Below are positions 51,841-64,000 of a stretch of 64,000 nucleotides of DNA, piece by piece. The DNA lies in contig NW_026963290.1 of assembly GCF_036588685.1 (NCBI RefSeq), positions 3,720,001 to 3,784,000 of the forward strand. The letters run 5' to 3'. How positions within the stretch are numbered: the first letter of the stretch is position 1; each line of letters begins with the position of its first letter. The DNA comes from Mytilus trossulus. Its lineage: Eukaryota. A program made the position numbers and the translations under genes. The notes under the pieces are model-generated. The model made no database searches, was not told the origin of the DNA, and saw only the letters and a program-made list of their open reading frames with translations.

Positions 51841-52002
51841 ATTATCTTGAATTCAATGCACAAATACCAACCACGCCTTCATATAGTGAAACGTCAACCA
51901 GACGACAAGAGTTCTGTAAATGACCTTGAAAATGAAGAGTATAGGACATTTGTTTTCCCTGAAACTGTGTTCATTGGAGTAACAGCCTATCAAAATCAAC
52001 TG
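51841..52002 (+). CDS. TBX20: Tbx20 exon 4
   Basis: IILNSMHKYQPRLHIV...FPETVFIGVTAYQNQL; TTTCAG/GTAAGT, 162 nt. Confidence 0.96.
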
Positions 52003-52714
52003 GTAAGTAGACAACGGGTAGCACTAATTTTTATAATATGCCAAATGTGACAATTTGTTATCGTGTCATGCTTACAAAATGATCTTGCACTTTCACATGA
52101 AAGTTATCTTATTTCTTAATTAATTCGTTTTCCATTGTAAAGAGTTTTGAAAATAGACAATATATAGTGTTTATTGAACATTGTGATTTTGTTGTTCTTT
52201 ATTTCTTCCGCTGCCTGGGTCTTAATTTGGTGATATACAGTATCTGTTTACTGCCAAGTAAATCAACCACAATGGTACAGAGGTGAATTTCTGACAGTAA
52301 ATAATACAAATAAAATCACTTAATCACGCAATTACAACAAAAAACACGTGAGAGTTAAAGAAATGACGAGACATCCGAAACCTGACGTCATCTTATGTTT
52401 CATACGTCTACTAACTGCCAAACTATAGGAAGTAAATATATCCCTTCATTTTGTTAAAACGTTTTTGTTACTTTGATTCGGTGATAAGAATCTTATTATA
52501 ACTTAATCACTGTAAGCCTGAAAGACGATAGTGCCCTGTTTTTTTCAGGGTCAGTTAAACATATTCGACACCCAGTCTAGTAATAATTTGTTGCGGTTCT
52601 GTGATAACCACGTACGCCATATTGATGTCAGAAATTTGTGTGGTCGGAATCGTTTTCTGCCCTTTTTGCAAACGATAGCATAACAAATTTTACTCACGTT
52701 TGATTTTCTTTCAG

Positions 52715-52791
52715 ATAACTAAGCTTAAGATTGAGAGTAATCCATTTGCCAAAGGATTTAGAGATTCCAGTCGACTCAGTGATATTGAAAG
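52715..52791 (+). CDS. TBX20: Tbx20 exon 5 (end of T-box)
   Basis: ITKLKIESNPFAKGFRDSSRLSDIER; phases 0/2. Confidence 0.95.
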
Positions 52792-53120
52792 GTAAATAAC
52801 ATAACATAAAAGAATTAATGAATTTTGTTGCAAGATTATTCGAGAAACAAATCAAAATAGATGCTGAAAAATTTCTTTTGTCTTTAGTGAGGTATGATAA
52901 ACTATATGTACCAACAATTATTTGCATCTTATTTGACTATATCTTTGACGTCACTCAGTTTTATAATTTGTTGTTGTTGTGCTCTGTTGATTTGAGTTAA
53001 TTCATAAACCAATGATATCAAAAAGACAGCAATCCAACAACTCATTACTAAAATTATTTATCAAGTTATCATATTTTGTTATTGATATGGTTTCTTATAT
53101 TATATAACATTATTTTGCAG

Positions 53121-53227
53121 GGAAACAATGGAAAATTTGTTGAACAAGCATGGATTTCCTAGAGTACCTTTTCCTTTCCCAATTGACGAAGACACTTTGA
53201 AATATAGAGACACATTTTTATCAAGAG
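53121..53227 (+). CDS. TBX20: Tbx20 exon 6 (ETMENLLNKHGFPRVPFPFPIDEDTLKYRDTFLSR)
   Basis: TTTTGCAG acceptor, GTAAGT donor; phases 2/1 fit both neighbours. Confidence 0.85.
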
Positions 53228-53442
53228 GTAAGTTATCTAAGTCTATCTTAATGTGTTCTATATAGACATCTGACATAAGATGTTGCTTATTTATATGTGT
53301 TCAATATATTTATTGTTTTTCAATTAAATATGACAGCTAATTTAAATGATAAGAAAAGTAGATTTTTTAGTAGAATATTGTAAAACACAATTTATTATGA
53401 TATTTTATGCGCTTTTCACTCACGATCCTCTTTCTATTTCAG

Positions 53443-53699
53443 ATGGTATGTTCCCATTTGGAATGATGCCAACATCAAATGCCATGCTTCCAGGTTTACC
53501 TCTCCATACATTGGACTCACGAATGATACCCAGTTATAACAGTGTCTTAATAAACGGACAACAAATGACCAGTGAACATGAAGCAATACTCAGAAGCAAT
53601 ATAATCCGAAACTCTTTACAGTCGTCACCGCCATCTAGTCTTCATTCAAGTCACATGTACCGCTACCATCCTTATCTGTCAAAATCGGGACATGTTTGA
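53443..53699 (+). CDS. TBX20: Tbx20 exon 7, terminal (DGMFPFG...MYRYHPYLSKSGHV*)
   Basis: TTTCAG acceptor in the correct phase; C-terminal RYHPY motif; total CDS 1269 nt = 422 aa. Confidence 0.88.
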
Positions 53700-54229
53700 G
53701 ACTTCAAAAAGTTAACATTTAGGTCTCCACGTACGACAACCGTATACCTAGATCGGTCACAGTCTAAGAATTCCGATGTTTCATTCTTGGATGCTGGTTT
53801 CGTCCTTGATTGAACAAGTAGCAACCAGTCAAAACAAACAGTTCGAGCAACCGATTTATACCATGATAGATTGTTCTATATGTGGCATGGTCAAAGCATT
53901 GGTTAGAAGAAAATACACCTTTATTCCAAAGTTGTCTTATTGACGGTAGATTAACTTCTTAAAATAATCTATTCGACTCACTGATACAAGGCAGCTTTAG
54001 CTTTTTGACATTATCTATTTGATATGTAAGTAAAGAATTGTAGGCAAGCTTTCAGTGACTGCAAATTCTGAAATGCTGCATATATTAGCCCAAAGATTAT
54101 TGGCATAATACACTTGAATTTAACTTATATTTGTGATGAAAAACAATTGTTTTCAAATGGTGCTTTTGAAATAATTATATAAATTTATGTGTAATTAATT
54201 TAATGTGTTAGAAGTTCAGTATTGTTGAT

Positions 54230-54245
54230 AATAAATAGCAATAAA
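54230..54245 (+). terminator. Candidate Tbx20 polyadenylation signals (two AATAAA)
   Basis: AATAAA at 54230-54235 and 54240-54245, about 530 nt after the stop, followed by T/GT-rich sequence. Confidence 0.5.
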
Positions 54246-57200
54246 TGTGATATATGAAAATGTGAAATATGTTTGTTTTACACTTTATTCCTGAAAGCAG
54301 ATGTCCTATAGAGCAGGCTTTATAACCAATTCTCAATCTTTATCCATCAGCGCGTAGTATGCTAAAAAAGTTCACGTATGAAAACCCCGTATTAAACACA
54401 TTAAACAATCAAAATGTATTTCCAAAACCTTTCCTCAAATTGATAACAATCTTTATAACACAGGACCATAGGTACATTTCGACTCGTCCTAAAATTTTGA
54501 GTCAGTCAAGTTCAAGACAACAAGTGTTAAGAAGAAAACAGTAAATTCACAACGGTTTAAAAGACCACTTTGAGTAAAATAAATATCAACTTCCATAATA
54601 TGAGGGCTTTTACTAACTTAGATAGTTGGTATGATGCTTTTTAATTTTTATGATCTTCATATATCGTGTACAAACTACCATCCCTTGTAAAATCAAACCA
54701 TCCACAAGTAAAATGGTGTATGAATTAGAGGTAGTACGTAATAAAAATATTTAATGTACAGTATAAACAAATGCAAGAATTTTAAACTTCTAGATATGAA
54801 TGAATTGATAACACACAGACGAATACAAATGATTTAGATAATAATGGATCATACAAAGCATATAATTATACAATTTTAAAACGACGTATTCAAAATTTCT
54901 CAACCATTAAAACTGTGTATCTTTTTTGCATTATACACATCATAACCTATTTCACCCTGTTTACACAGTTATCGGTCCTGTATTGATTGATTGAGATATC
55001 TCTTGAACCGTGTAAAAGTCTATTCGTTGTTTTGAGATTGATAACTACGAATTTATAATCTAAACCAAAGATTGCTGTTTAATAAGTTGAGATTTTATTA
55101 CATATGTATACCAGGTTTTGGTAGTCCGATTACGAATCTGCCAAAAATGGGAATACCAAGTAACGGCTTAAAATACAAGAATAATAGCATAGGCTCTACA
55201 AACAACATCATAAATCCAAAAGAAAAAAATGCACAATCGTCTATCAAATATTGCACAAAAGAAAATAAAGATTTTTTACAATTATGGCCCCTATAACTAC
55301 TGATGGTTAATTTTGAGGTGTATTTTCTGTGCTAAAACGTCAGTCTATTGATGTTCGAGGTAAAACGAACTTCATACATGTGTAATTCAATGGTTGTTAT
55401 GTTGTAATCATATTTGTTTCCCGTTGTTTTGAAAATAAATTAGGCCGTTTGGAATCGTTCACATTGTATTAATCTTGTCATGTTGGAACTTTGCTTGCTA
55501 TGCGGTATTAGTTTTGTTCTTTGGTGAACGCTGTACATAATGTGATCCATTACTATAGTTTCTACGTCAAATTGGTCTCAAGGGTCTCAAGAACTGCCTC
55601 ATCATAATTTCCCTTTCCATACGATTGTTGTTCTTTTCCGTTTGACTATATCAAAATATTTCAAAATATATTCATACATACCAACTTTCCAATTACAATT
55701 AAAACAAATTAATAAATCGTCATTACAAGTCAACACTGACTTTAATAATGTTGAAAATTACCTCCAATATAAAAGACTCTTAGTAATGTCAGAATGTTGT
55801 ACCTGGTACTTTATAAGTTAATCTAATCTAATTTCTGAATCATACAGATGTTTTAGTGATGACATGACCTTGTGCCTTTCATAAGATCTTCGGTCAATCA
55901 GTGTTTGGCAGCTCACGATGTAGGTGTCAAATTGAAATATACACGCAACTTTAATATATAACGCATATTTTGTTTGTAGAAAGTTGTGTCGAAAAGAAAT
56001 CTCTTTTTTTTAATTTAAATTTTATGAACTCGTGCATTTCATATACAACACAATATGCTTTAAAATGTTACTATAATTTTAATAATATGAGGTAGCAAAA
56101 AGGCTATTCGACATGCTATGCCAATTTGGAAGATGTATATAGACCTATATAATTCAAGATATTTGTAATATCATTGAGACTTATTTTAATTAGAGTAACA
56201 CGACGGTTCAGCTGTTGAATTGCTAACTATTCAAGCACCAAAGCTTATTATTTTCTGTTGATGTTCTTGGTGTCCCGTCTGTAGTTTTATATGTGTTGCG
56301 TTTTGTTAGTTGTTGACATTCGATTTCAAATGTTTTTCATATTGATGTTGTATGCATGTTTGTTCACGGCTTTTGGTTTTGGTTGTCCCTGTAGTGTCTT
56401 CTCTCTATGTCTTAAATGTTTGTATTGGTCAGACAGTTTGTAATTCAAATGACCGTAGACACATATTTTAAATTTTGCTTTTTGTCAGGAGGCAGGAACA
56501 TAAATCGCCTTAGTGGTGGTTTGGTAAATTGTTGAGGCACCAGCAAGAACATTTCAGAAAACGGATATTAGGACATATGATAAACTATCAAAGTGGTACA
56601 AAAATCCAAGGATCTGCAGGAAATCTTTAAACTTTAGTCAATTAAGACCGGAGTAGTTGGTTTTCATAAACATAAAAATATTTTACCTATTAAAAGAGAA
56701 CTTTATGAATACATTATGGTTTCTGTTGTACTTTAAGATTTGAAACAGTATATTCCTATGTTATTGTGTGTTTGCATGGGTCATGTTCTGAAGGAAATCT
56801 ACAATCATGATTTTAGCAGGAGATGGACAATATGCTTGCTATACGAAAAGACAATAATCCGTGTTACGAAAATGTGCTTTACATGTACAGTTCTGTGGTT
56901 ATTTAAATGCGTAATGAAAGAACCCATAAATCTAACTTATCTCAGGTGTCAAAATATAGATATTTTACAGGTATTTAAGAAAGTGTCAACACTACGGGTC
57001 ACATAGGTTTTACTTTTATAATTTTCTTGTTGATAAAATCTTAACAAATTCCTTCTCCTTTATACATAATGTGATACACATCAAAGTCACGGAAGTCAAG
57101 ATACAGGTGCTAATCTCCAAAACTAATCAGGTGACCGGAAGTGCAATCTTTCTCTTGAAAATAAAAACACATTTACCCTTTTAAATGATAAAACAATGTA

Positions 57201-57364
57201 CGCTTTCGAAATATTTTGTTTTTGTTTTCATACATATATTTCAATCTGTGACTGATGATATTAAAATCAGCTTACGAAGACCGATTCACGTGACCGCATT
57301 CCGTTGCAACACTTACAAACATATTGAAAACTGCGTTAGTCCCGTTCCATAAACAAAATTGCAT

Positions 57365-57560
57365 ACAAGTAGGAGGTTTAGCGCTATAAAATCAGGTTCA
57401 ATCCACCATTTCTACATTTGAAAATGCCTGTACCAAGTCAGGAATATGACAGTTGTTGTCCATGTTGATGAATTAAAATCATTTGATTTTGCCATTTGAT
57501 TGGGGACTTTCCGTTTTGAATCTTCCTCGGAGTTAATTATTTTTGTGCTTTTACTTTTTA
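57365..57560 (+). repeat. Dispersed repeat family member (other copies ~60830-61120 on +, ~925-1240 on -)
   Basis: Shared blocks AGGTTTAG...CCATTT(T)CTACAT...TACCAAG...TTTGATTTTGCCATTTGAT...GGACTTTCC. Confidence 0.75.
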
Positions 57561-60500
57561 TTATACAAAACAAACATGAAAGTTCTTTAGGCAGCAGTTT
57601 GACCGCAACATTAAACATTTTAATATAATTCTGATTATTTTATTGTATGGTCTTTTTATACATTTTGTTTGTAGAGAGGGAACGTAAAGTGTGATGCAAA
57701 AGGCTTCTATATTTTTTTTCTCGAATAATTACCCGCAAAAGTTGTCAAATGGTTAAATTTCTCTTATTTTATTAGTAACTTGATTGTTATAAATTATTAT
57801 GACCAATCAGTCTAGTTGTGCTGAAAAATGCAAAGAGAACAATTCCATTGTAAAATTATTTTTATCTTTTTTCCAAGCTATATCGGTTGAAACATTATAG
57901 TGATCTTATTAGATTTTCAAATAACGCAAATAACGTCACATCACCATAGTTCATCCATGCGCTTAATTGTTCCAAATTAGTCTAATGAAACTTTATACTT
58001 GCTAAGTGACTCGCGTGGGACACCATAAATGTGAGGAATAAAATCGTATTTCAGTTAATAATGTAAATGAGAAAATTATGTAATTAAATAATAACTGTTT
58101 GTTTAATACATGACGGATAGCTATCTAGTCCGTCAAACGTTAGCACCTGGCCCCTGCGTCTTGGCACCAATAGCGATAATCTAATCACCTTCCAAACCTC
58201 CATTACCAAATTTGTTATCAGTACTGTTCGGAGTCTTTCGGGAAGATCTGGTACGCAAAATCAAGCAGCTGAAGTAATCAATGCTAATTATATTCTCCCA
58301 AATGTCCAATTTCTACGTATCGTCAATACTTTTCTTTACACGTCGTCAATTTGAACATGTTATTCTGGCCACTAATTAAATTTTCTTCTCTTCTTCAACC
58401 AGAATTATTGTTGAATGCTCTGTTGATAAATTATCTGCGTTACATCTCAAAGTCAGAGAATGCCTAAAATCGATGTATCTTACTTTTAATCAACTATTTG
58501 CCATATCGCTCTTTATAAAATTATTACCGAACATCTCTCGTTATTACATTTATTGAAGGGACAATATATCTACAACAAGTTTAATTCAATTCTGTTCAAT
58601 TTTGAAGCAATTAACAAAATGAATTGCGTAATTATTCCACAAATTGTAAAACATTAAATGTTTTATTATTGTGCATGTTGTTAAATGGGATAAAATTATG
58701 CTATTCGTAATCTTTAGTTATAAATCATAAACAGCATATCTAAGACATTCAAACATTACATCTGTTTGCTTTCCTACCACGCCTGCTTTGCTGCGCAACG
58801 TTTAGTTGCGCTACTTTTGTCAGAAGATATGTTAACTCTCTCCTTATTCTTCTTCCTGAATGAAAAGTTTTGCGCTATTTATTTTTTTTAATTTTCTATA
58901 GATATATATATTGATATTATCTTCAACATGTTAAATAAATTAAAAAAAAATAAACACTTAATAAATGTTTTTACAAATTCAATCATAACTGTTTCTCTCT
59001 TTTTGAAACTACGTCATTGAATTATTTTGATTTGAAAAAATAAAATAAAAAGTTGTTAAAGTTGTTTTTCAACTTTGTCATGTTTTTACAGACGACATCC
59101 GATTTGACATGTTTTGTGTGATTTTGACTATTTTCCTTTCATAGAATGTCACCGTTATGAAAATATAAACTTTTTCTAGTTGGACACGTTTAAAAAATGA
59201 ATTATTTCGTGTGTATCAATTGAATGTCTAGAAGCAAAACAATTTGACATGTTATGTATTACAATAACTTGAGGCTAAATTTTAAATTCAGTTCAAATTT
59301 AAACTTAATTCTATACAGTTTAGATGCTCTTAAACCACATTGTATATATACTTTCGTAGATTGCGGACATAATCTTGGCAATAGATACCTAGCTTACAAT
59401 CATATAACATCTTCTCATTCTAAAGGAAAACAAAATGAATCTACAAATTCACCAAGTGCAATTAGTCGAACTTTAAATTTGAAAGCACGTGCTACGTACT
59501 TTATAAATGTCTAATATAATAAATAACTACTTTTTAACATCCCGAAAAACTTGTAGTCCTATATTACTATAATATGTTATAATATTGTTTTGAATTAAGA
59601 TTTAAATTGTAATCTTAAATCATTTGAAAGAGTAATGTTCATTTTAGACCAGGCCTAACCCACTAATTATATTAATGCTCGAAATCTATTATATACAGTG
59701 TAAGAAGCAATATGAATAATATAAAGTGTTATGATCCACACGCTTACTGAAGAAAATGACAGCAACTAGACAATGCTTAATAGCTATAATTATGTTAAAA
59801 ATTTGAGAAATTAAGATGTCATAGGAGGCCTTATGATGATAATTGTCAATGTCTTAAGCGGCCATTAAGACCTTAGATGATTTCCTGAATAGTCTCTGCC
59901 TGCGGTCAGTATAACGATAATTGTTTAATGATATACTTCCATATGTAACCTCGATGATAAATCAATCTATTTATTACTTTTGAGTGTGTTATCAGCAATT
60001 TTATCTTGTCCTTATTAGTGTAAACACACATTTTAATTATATCTTTCTTACAGAATTAATGGCTAATTTAGTAACTAGTAAAGCTAAATCGAATCATCAT
60101 TTATAGCTTTGAAATATTAAATACGTCATGTAGTAAATGCTGAGTTAAAAGGGTGAATGTAATGTATTTGCCAGTTTAAGAAAGCTATAATTCTGCTGAT
60201 ATTGCACCATATTCAATCGCTGTTCTCAACGTTTGTTGAAAATTATAATAAGGCATCGGACATGAAGTTGAATTTAGGTAGCGCAAAGTTAAGCGACAGG
60301 CGAATGTATAAAGGACACATTGAGACTCGAAGCATGGCGCTCTTCATAACAAACATGGTTCTTGTTCTTGGTCGTCTGTATGATTACATTTTGTTGGTAC
60401 AATCTTTTAAACTCTTTTGTTCTTTAGTGTTTGAACGCCCTAATAAAATTAACAGGTGATACAGGTTTATCTTCTAAAATGCAGTGTAATATTTTAAATT

Positions 60501-63500
60501 CAACCTTACATTTAGTGCTACATGTATTCTCCTTGTCTTTAAATTGGGAATGAGGATACCTGAATGGTTTTAATTTAAGTTTTATTTTTCATCTTATACC
60601 CTATTCATAACAATATCAAGTCTTTTTGTGGTCTTATAATGTTTGTTGTATCAATGATCAGTAAAAGACTGTATCATGCAGTTATGAAAATATGACAGAA
60701 ATATGCGAAACAAAAGACTATGTGCTTAAATCATTCATTTGATTTTGGCAGGTCATAAAACACTGATAACTTGTACAGAAATTATGTACAAATTATAATT
60801 TGTTGTACACATCATATACAAAATATTTATTTGTGTTTATAGTGATTAAGATTATAACCGAATGTTGACTGCTGAACTCCAAGTTTTGACAATTTTACCT
60901 TGTATGTCTGTTTGTTTGTTCACACATTGTTGTCTTATAACGAAATGCTTTGCGACTGTCATACAAGTGAGAGGTTTAGTTAGGTATTAAACTAGGTTTA
61001 ATCAACCATTTTCTACATGAAAAAATGCTGTTACCAAGGTAAGAATATGTCAATTGTTTTCCATTCGTTTGATGTATGTGAGCTTTTGATTTTGCCATTT
61101 GATAAAGGACTTTCCTTTTTGAGCATTATATATCTTTTTTTAATTCAACAACAAATTTCAAACTATTATTAAACACTGCCCTTTGTTGAAGTGTCCTTTG
61201 ACAACAGATAATTATGATAGTGGTTATAAAATGGGCATTATGTTCTCGCTCACGAGTGGAGTGTCGAGAAAAGTTAGTTTGTGGTCCCGATGTCATTGTT
61301 CTTTTATTTATTTATTTTTTTTTTCATTTTATTTTGGCTCAAATGTAAGTTGTGTAAGTTTTTAAAATGTATTGTTGTTTCTAACCCTAGTTGTTGATAG
61401 TCATTTTTAAGTGATAGGTAAATGAGGTCGAATAATTGTTGGAAAAAAAACCCAGATACCATTGCATCCGACATTTATGCATGCAGCTTACAACACCTTA
61501 CAAAACAGTTTGTACAGTATATGCCACCCACTAATTATAAGATTTTTATAATTATTAGATGTCAGTACACGTTGAGATTTGTGAGCTGACATAACTGCGC
61601 CCTAATTTGATTTTCCACTTGCTTAACTTGTAAGTATAACAAGTTCTGCATGACTTTTATTCAAAATAAAAGAATATCAATCTGAAATTTAGAACCATTT
61701 TAATTATAATATCAAATTTTCACTAGTATTAAATGATGTTTTCAAACGATCACACGCTTGTGATTTACGACAGGAAAGTATCATGCATTGCGATTTTGTC
61801 GAAAGGTTTAACCATAGGGTACAGATAGATATTGGGTATCACAGACTATTAATCTGCTTACCTGATCGTTAATCTGATTAACACAGGTGCGTTGATGGTC
61901 AGAGTACGACCCTGACTTGTATGTATCTTCAGTGAATTTATCATATTTTACGACAATAATTTAGACACTAGTACGACAATAGACCGATTGACAGCATATA
62001 ATCATCGAGGTTATATATGTTGAATATTTAGTTTCGCATAAACAGGTTTATACAACTATCCATTTCTTTGGGGTTTACGGTACTAAATGTCCCGAGCTAA
62101 TTCAATTTTAGGTCAAACATATAATTATTGATTGAAAGACTAAATACTTTGTACCTCGCTCCGCTATCTTGTATATAATTAAAGCGCAATTGTATTTCAC
62201 ACTTTTTCTAGTGCAATTTTTCAATTTACTATGTTTCAGAAAATTTTATATACTACACAGCAATTGTGAACCTATAACAAAAAAAAACAACAATATTTAA
62301 ACCATCGATTACAACCATCATAGTGATGGTGAACATAATCCAAGTTGACTATGATTCCACAATTTATTCATTAATGAGGCCTACCATTCTTGATTTGTTT
62401 CGTGTTTCATATGTGGGTGTCTATCTTTTTATGATTGGCAATCTGTTTAAAGTGAAACAAATAATTTATTTACATTTCTAGGAAATGCATTTGTTTGCCA
62501 CATTTGAATTTGAATTAAATTAGTGTCAAAAATATATACTACAATACTAACACTTTCCTGAATAAAATAATGTGTAACTTTACCAGGGTATATAACTTTT
62601 CCGAAAACATGTAAAATAATAACATTTGATAAAACTCTCAAACTTCGTACTTTATTTTGCCCTTTAGTTTTATTTTATTATCGCGTCAATGAATAGTCTT
62701 TTGTAGAATAAAAGTACAAGCCTGGTATTTTTGATGAGTTTATTTTATAAAAATTCGTACGGTTTTTGAAGCAAGAAAAGTATTTTACCATTTTTTCTTG
62801 AATTTTACAAACTAACACTGAATACATAATAACCCTTTTGCATCAATTACAGACTAAACATATATATAAGAAAAGAGAAGAAGTTTTGAGAATGAATCGC
62901 TTGTTTTGTCATATAAACTCTAGTGGATAGTCGTCGCAAACATACCACATCTTTCTACTTTTTTAATGAGCAGTATTCGTCCAGGCTTATCCCTTAATTT
63001 GCCATTTACGAACAATTGTCTTATTCCTGTTATGCAAGATATATAGTTATATAAACTAAAGTTCAAATATGTTGGATGGTTAGTTTAAACATATTTTATG
63101 GTTCAAAACAAATGGATTAGACACAAGTTTTTCAACTCAGTTCCATCTTCTCCATATCAAAACATTTCAAAACATTTTAATTTAAAATAATGAATACTTA
63201 TCATGAGTGACATTTTAATTTCTAAATTTCGTGAATGCATGTAAATAATGTAACATTATACTCCCAGTAAAATAGGAAAACGGAAAGCGTTGGGAGCGAT
63301 AAACGGGGTAGTTTAAAAAATGAATCTACAAATATTCTCAGCTTTATTGAGTCTTCTATAGTTTGGTAGTTGTGGGCTGATTGTTAGCGACTATAACAGA
63401 AGAAGAGTTGTTTAAGGAGAAGTACAATTACAAAAATGCAAGCGTCTTTTGTATACGAAACTTGCGTCTGTCAACAAAGTTGTAAGCCTGGTATCTTTGA

Positions 63501-64000
63501 TAATATTATTTTCATAAGGACTTAGTATACCTGCTGTTATTCAATAAACTCATTATAGATACCAGGACTAAATTTTGTACAAAAGACTCATCAGTGACGC
63601 TCGAATCCAAAAAAGTTGAAAAGGGCCAAATAAAATACGAAGTTGAAGAGCATTGAGGACCAAAATTCCTAAAAGTTTTGCCAAATACAGCTAAGGTAAT
63701 CTATGCCTGAGGTAGAAAAGCCTTAGATGACTGTCCATTTTAATACAATTTTTGTTTAGACGTGTCTGTTTAATTTAATATTTGTGTGCAATATTTCGGT
63801 AAATTTGTTTTCATTTTCGCAAGCTATACCGTATATAAGACATATGAACATTGAGGTTAATTACAAGAGGGAGGTAGGTGAATTATAACCTCGGTAATGC
63901 AACAATGTCCTCCAAAAAGATCATACCTATTTTTTCTAGTTTCAGTCGAGTTCAGAATGTTTGTTTCTATAGTCGCTTATATCAGTCACTTTTCAAGCAA

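Overview
AT-rich eukaryotic genomic DNA with spliceosomal introns. The repeat families (hammerhead retrozymes, Helentron-type HINEs, tRNA-SINEs) suggest a bivalve mollusc, probably Mytilus; this is an inference. Genes, left to right: (1) the 3' coding end of an unidentified + strand gene (to 661); (2) an intronless Toll-like receptor CDS (- strand, 4380-6932); (3) a probable decayed LRR pseudogene (about 9.85-11.1 kb, +); (4) a 7-exon Rab22/Rab31-subfamily GTPase (- strand, 32910 to 18979, about 203 aa), reconstructed by hand because the ORF track misses it; (5) a 7-exon Tbx20/H15 T-box gene (+ strand, 47623-53699, 422 aa). Most notable structures: Rab exon 4 is amplified into a 15-copy 94-bp tandem array in which every copy keeps an AG acceptor and an in-frame GT, separated by 25-nt spacers; type I hammerhead ribozymes of a 352-nt retrozyme dimer and a solo copy flank the TLR in its sense orientation; and three Helentron-type elements are nested inside one another in Rab intron 5. 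All coordinates were counted by eye and no database searches were run.
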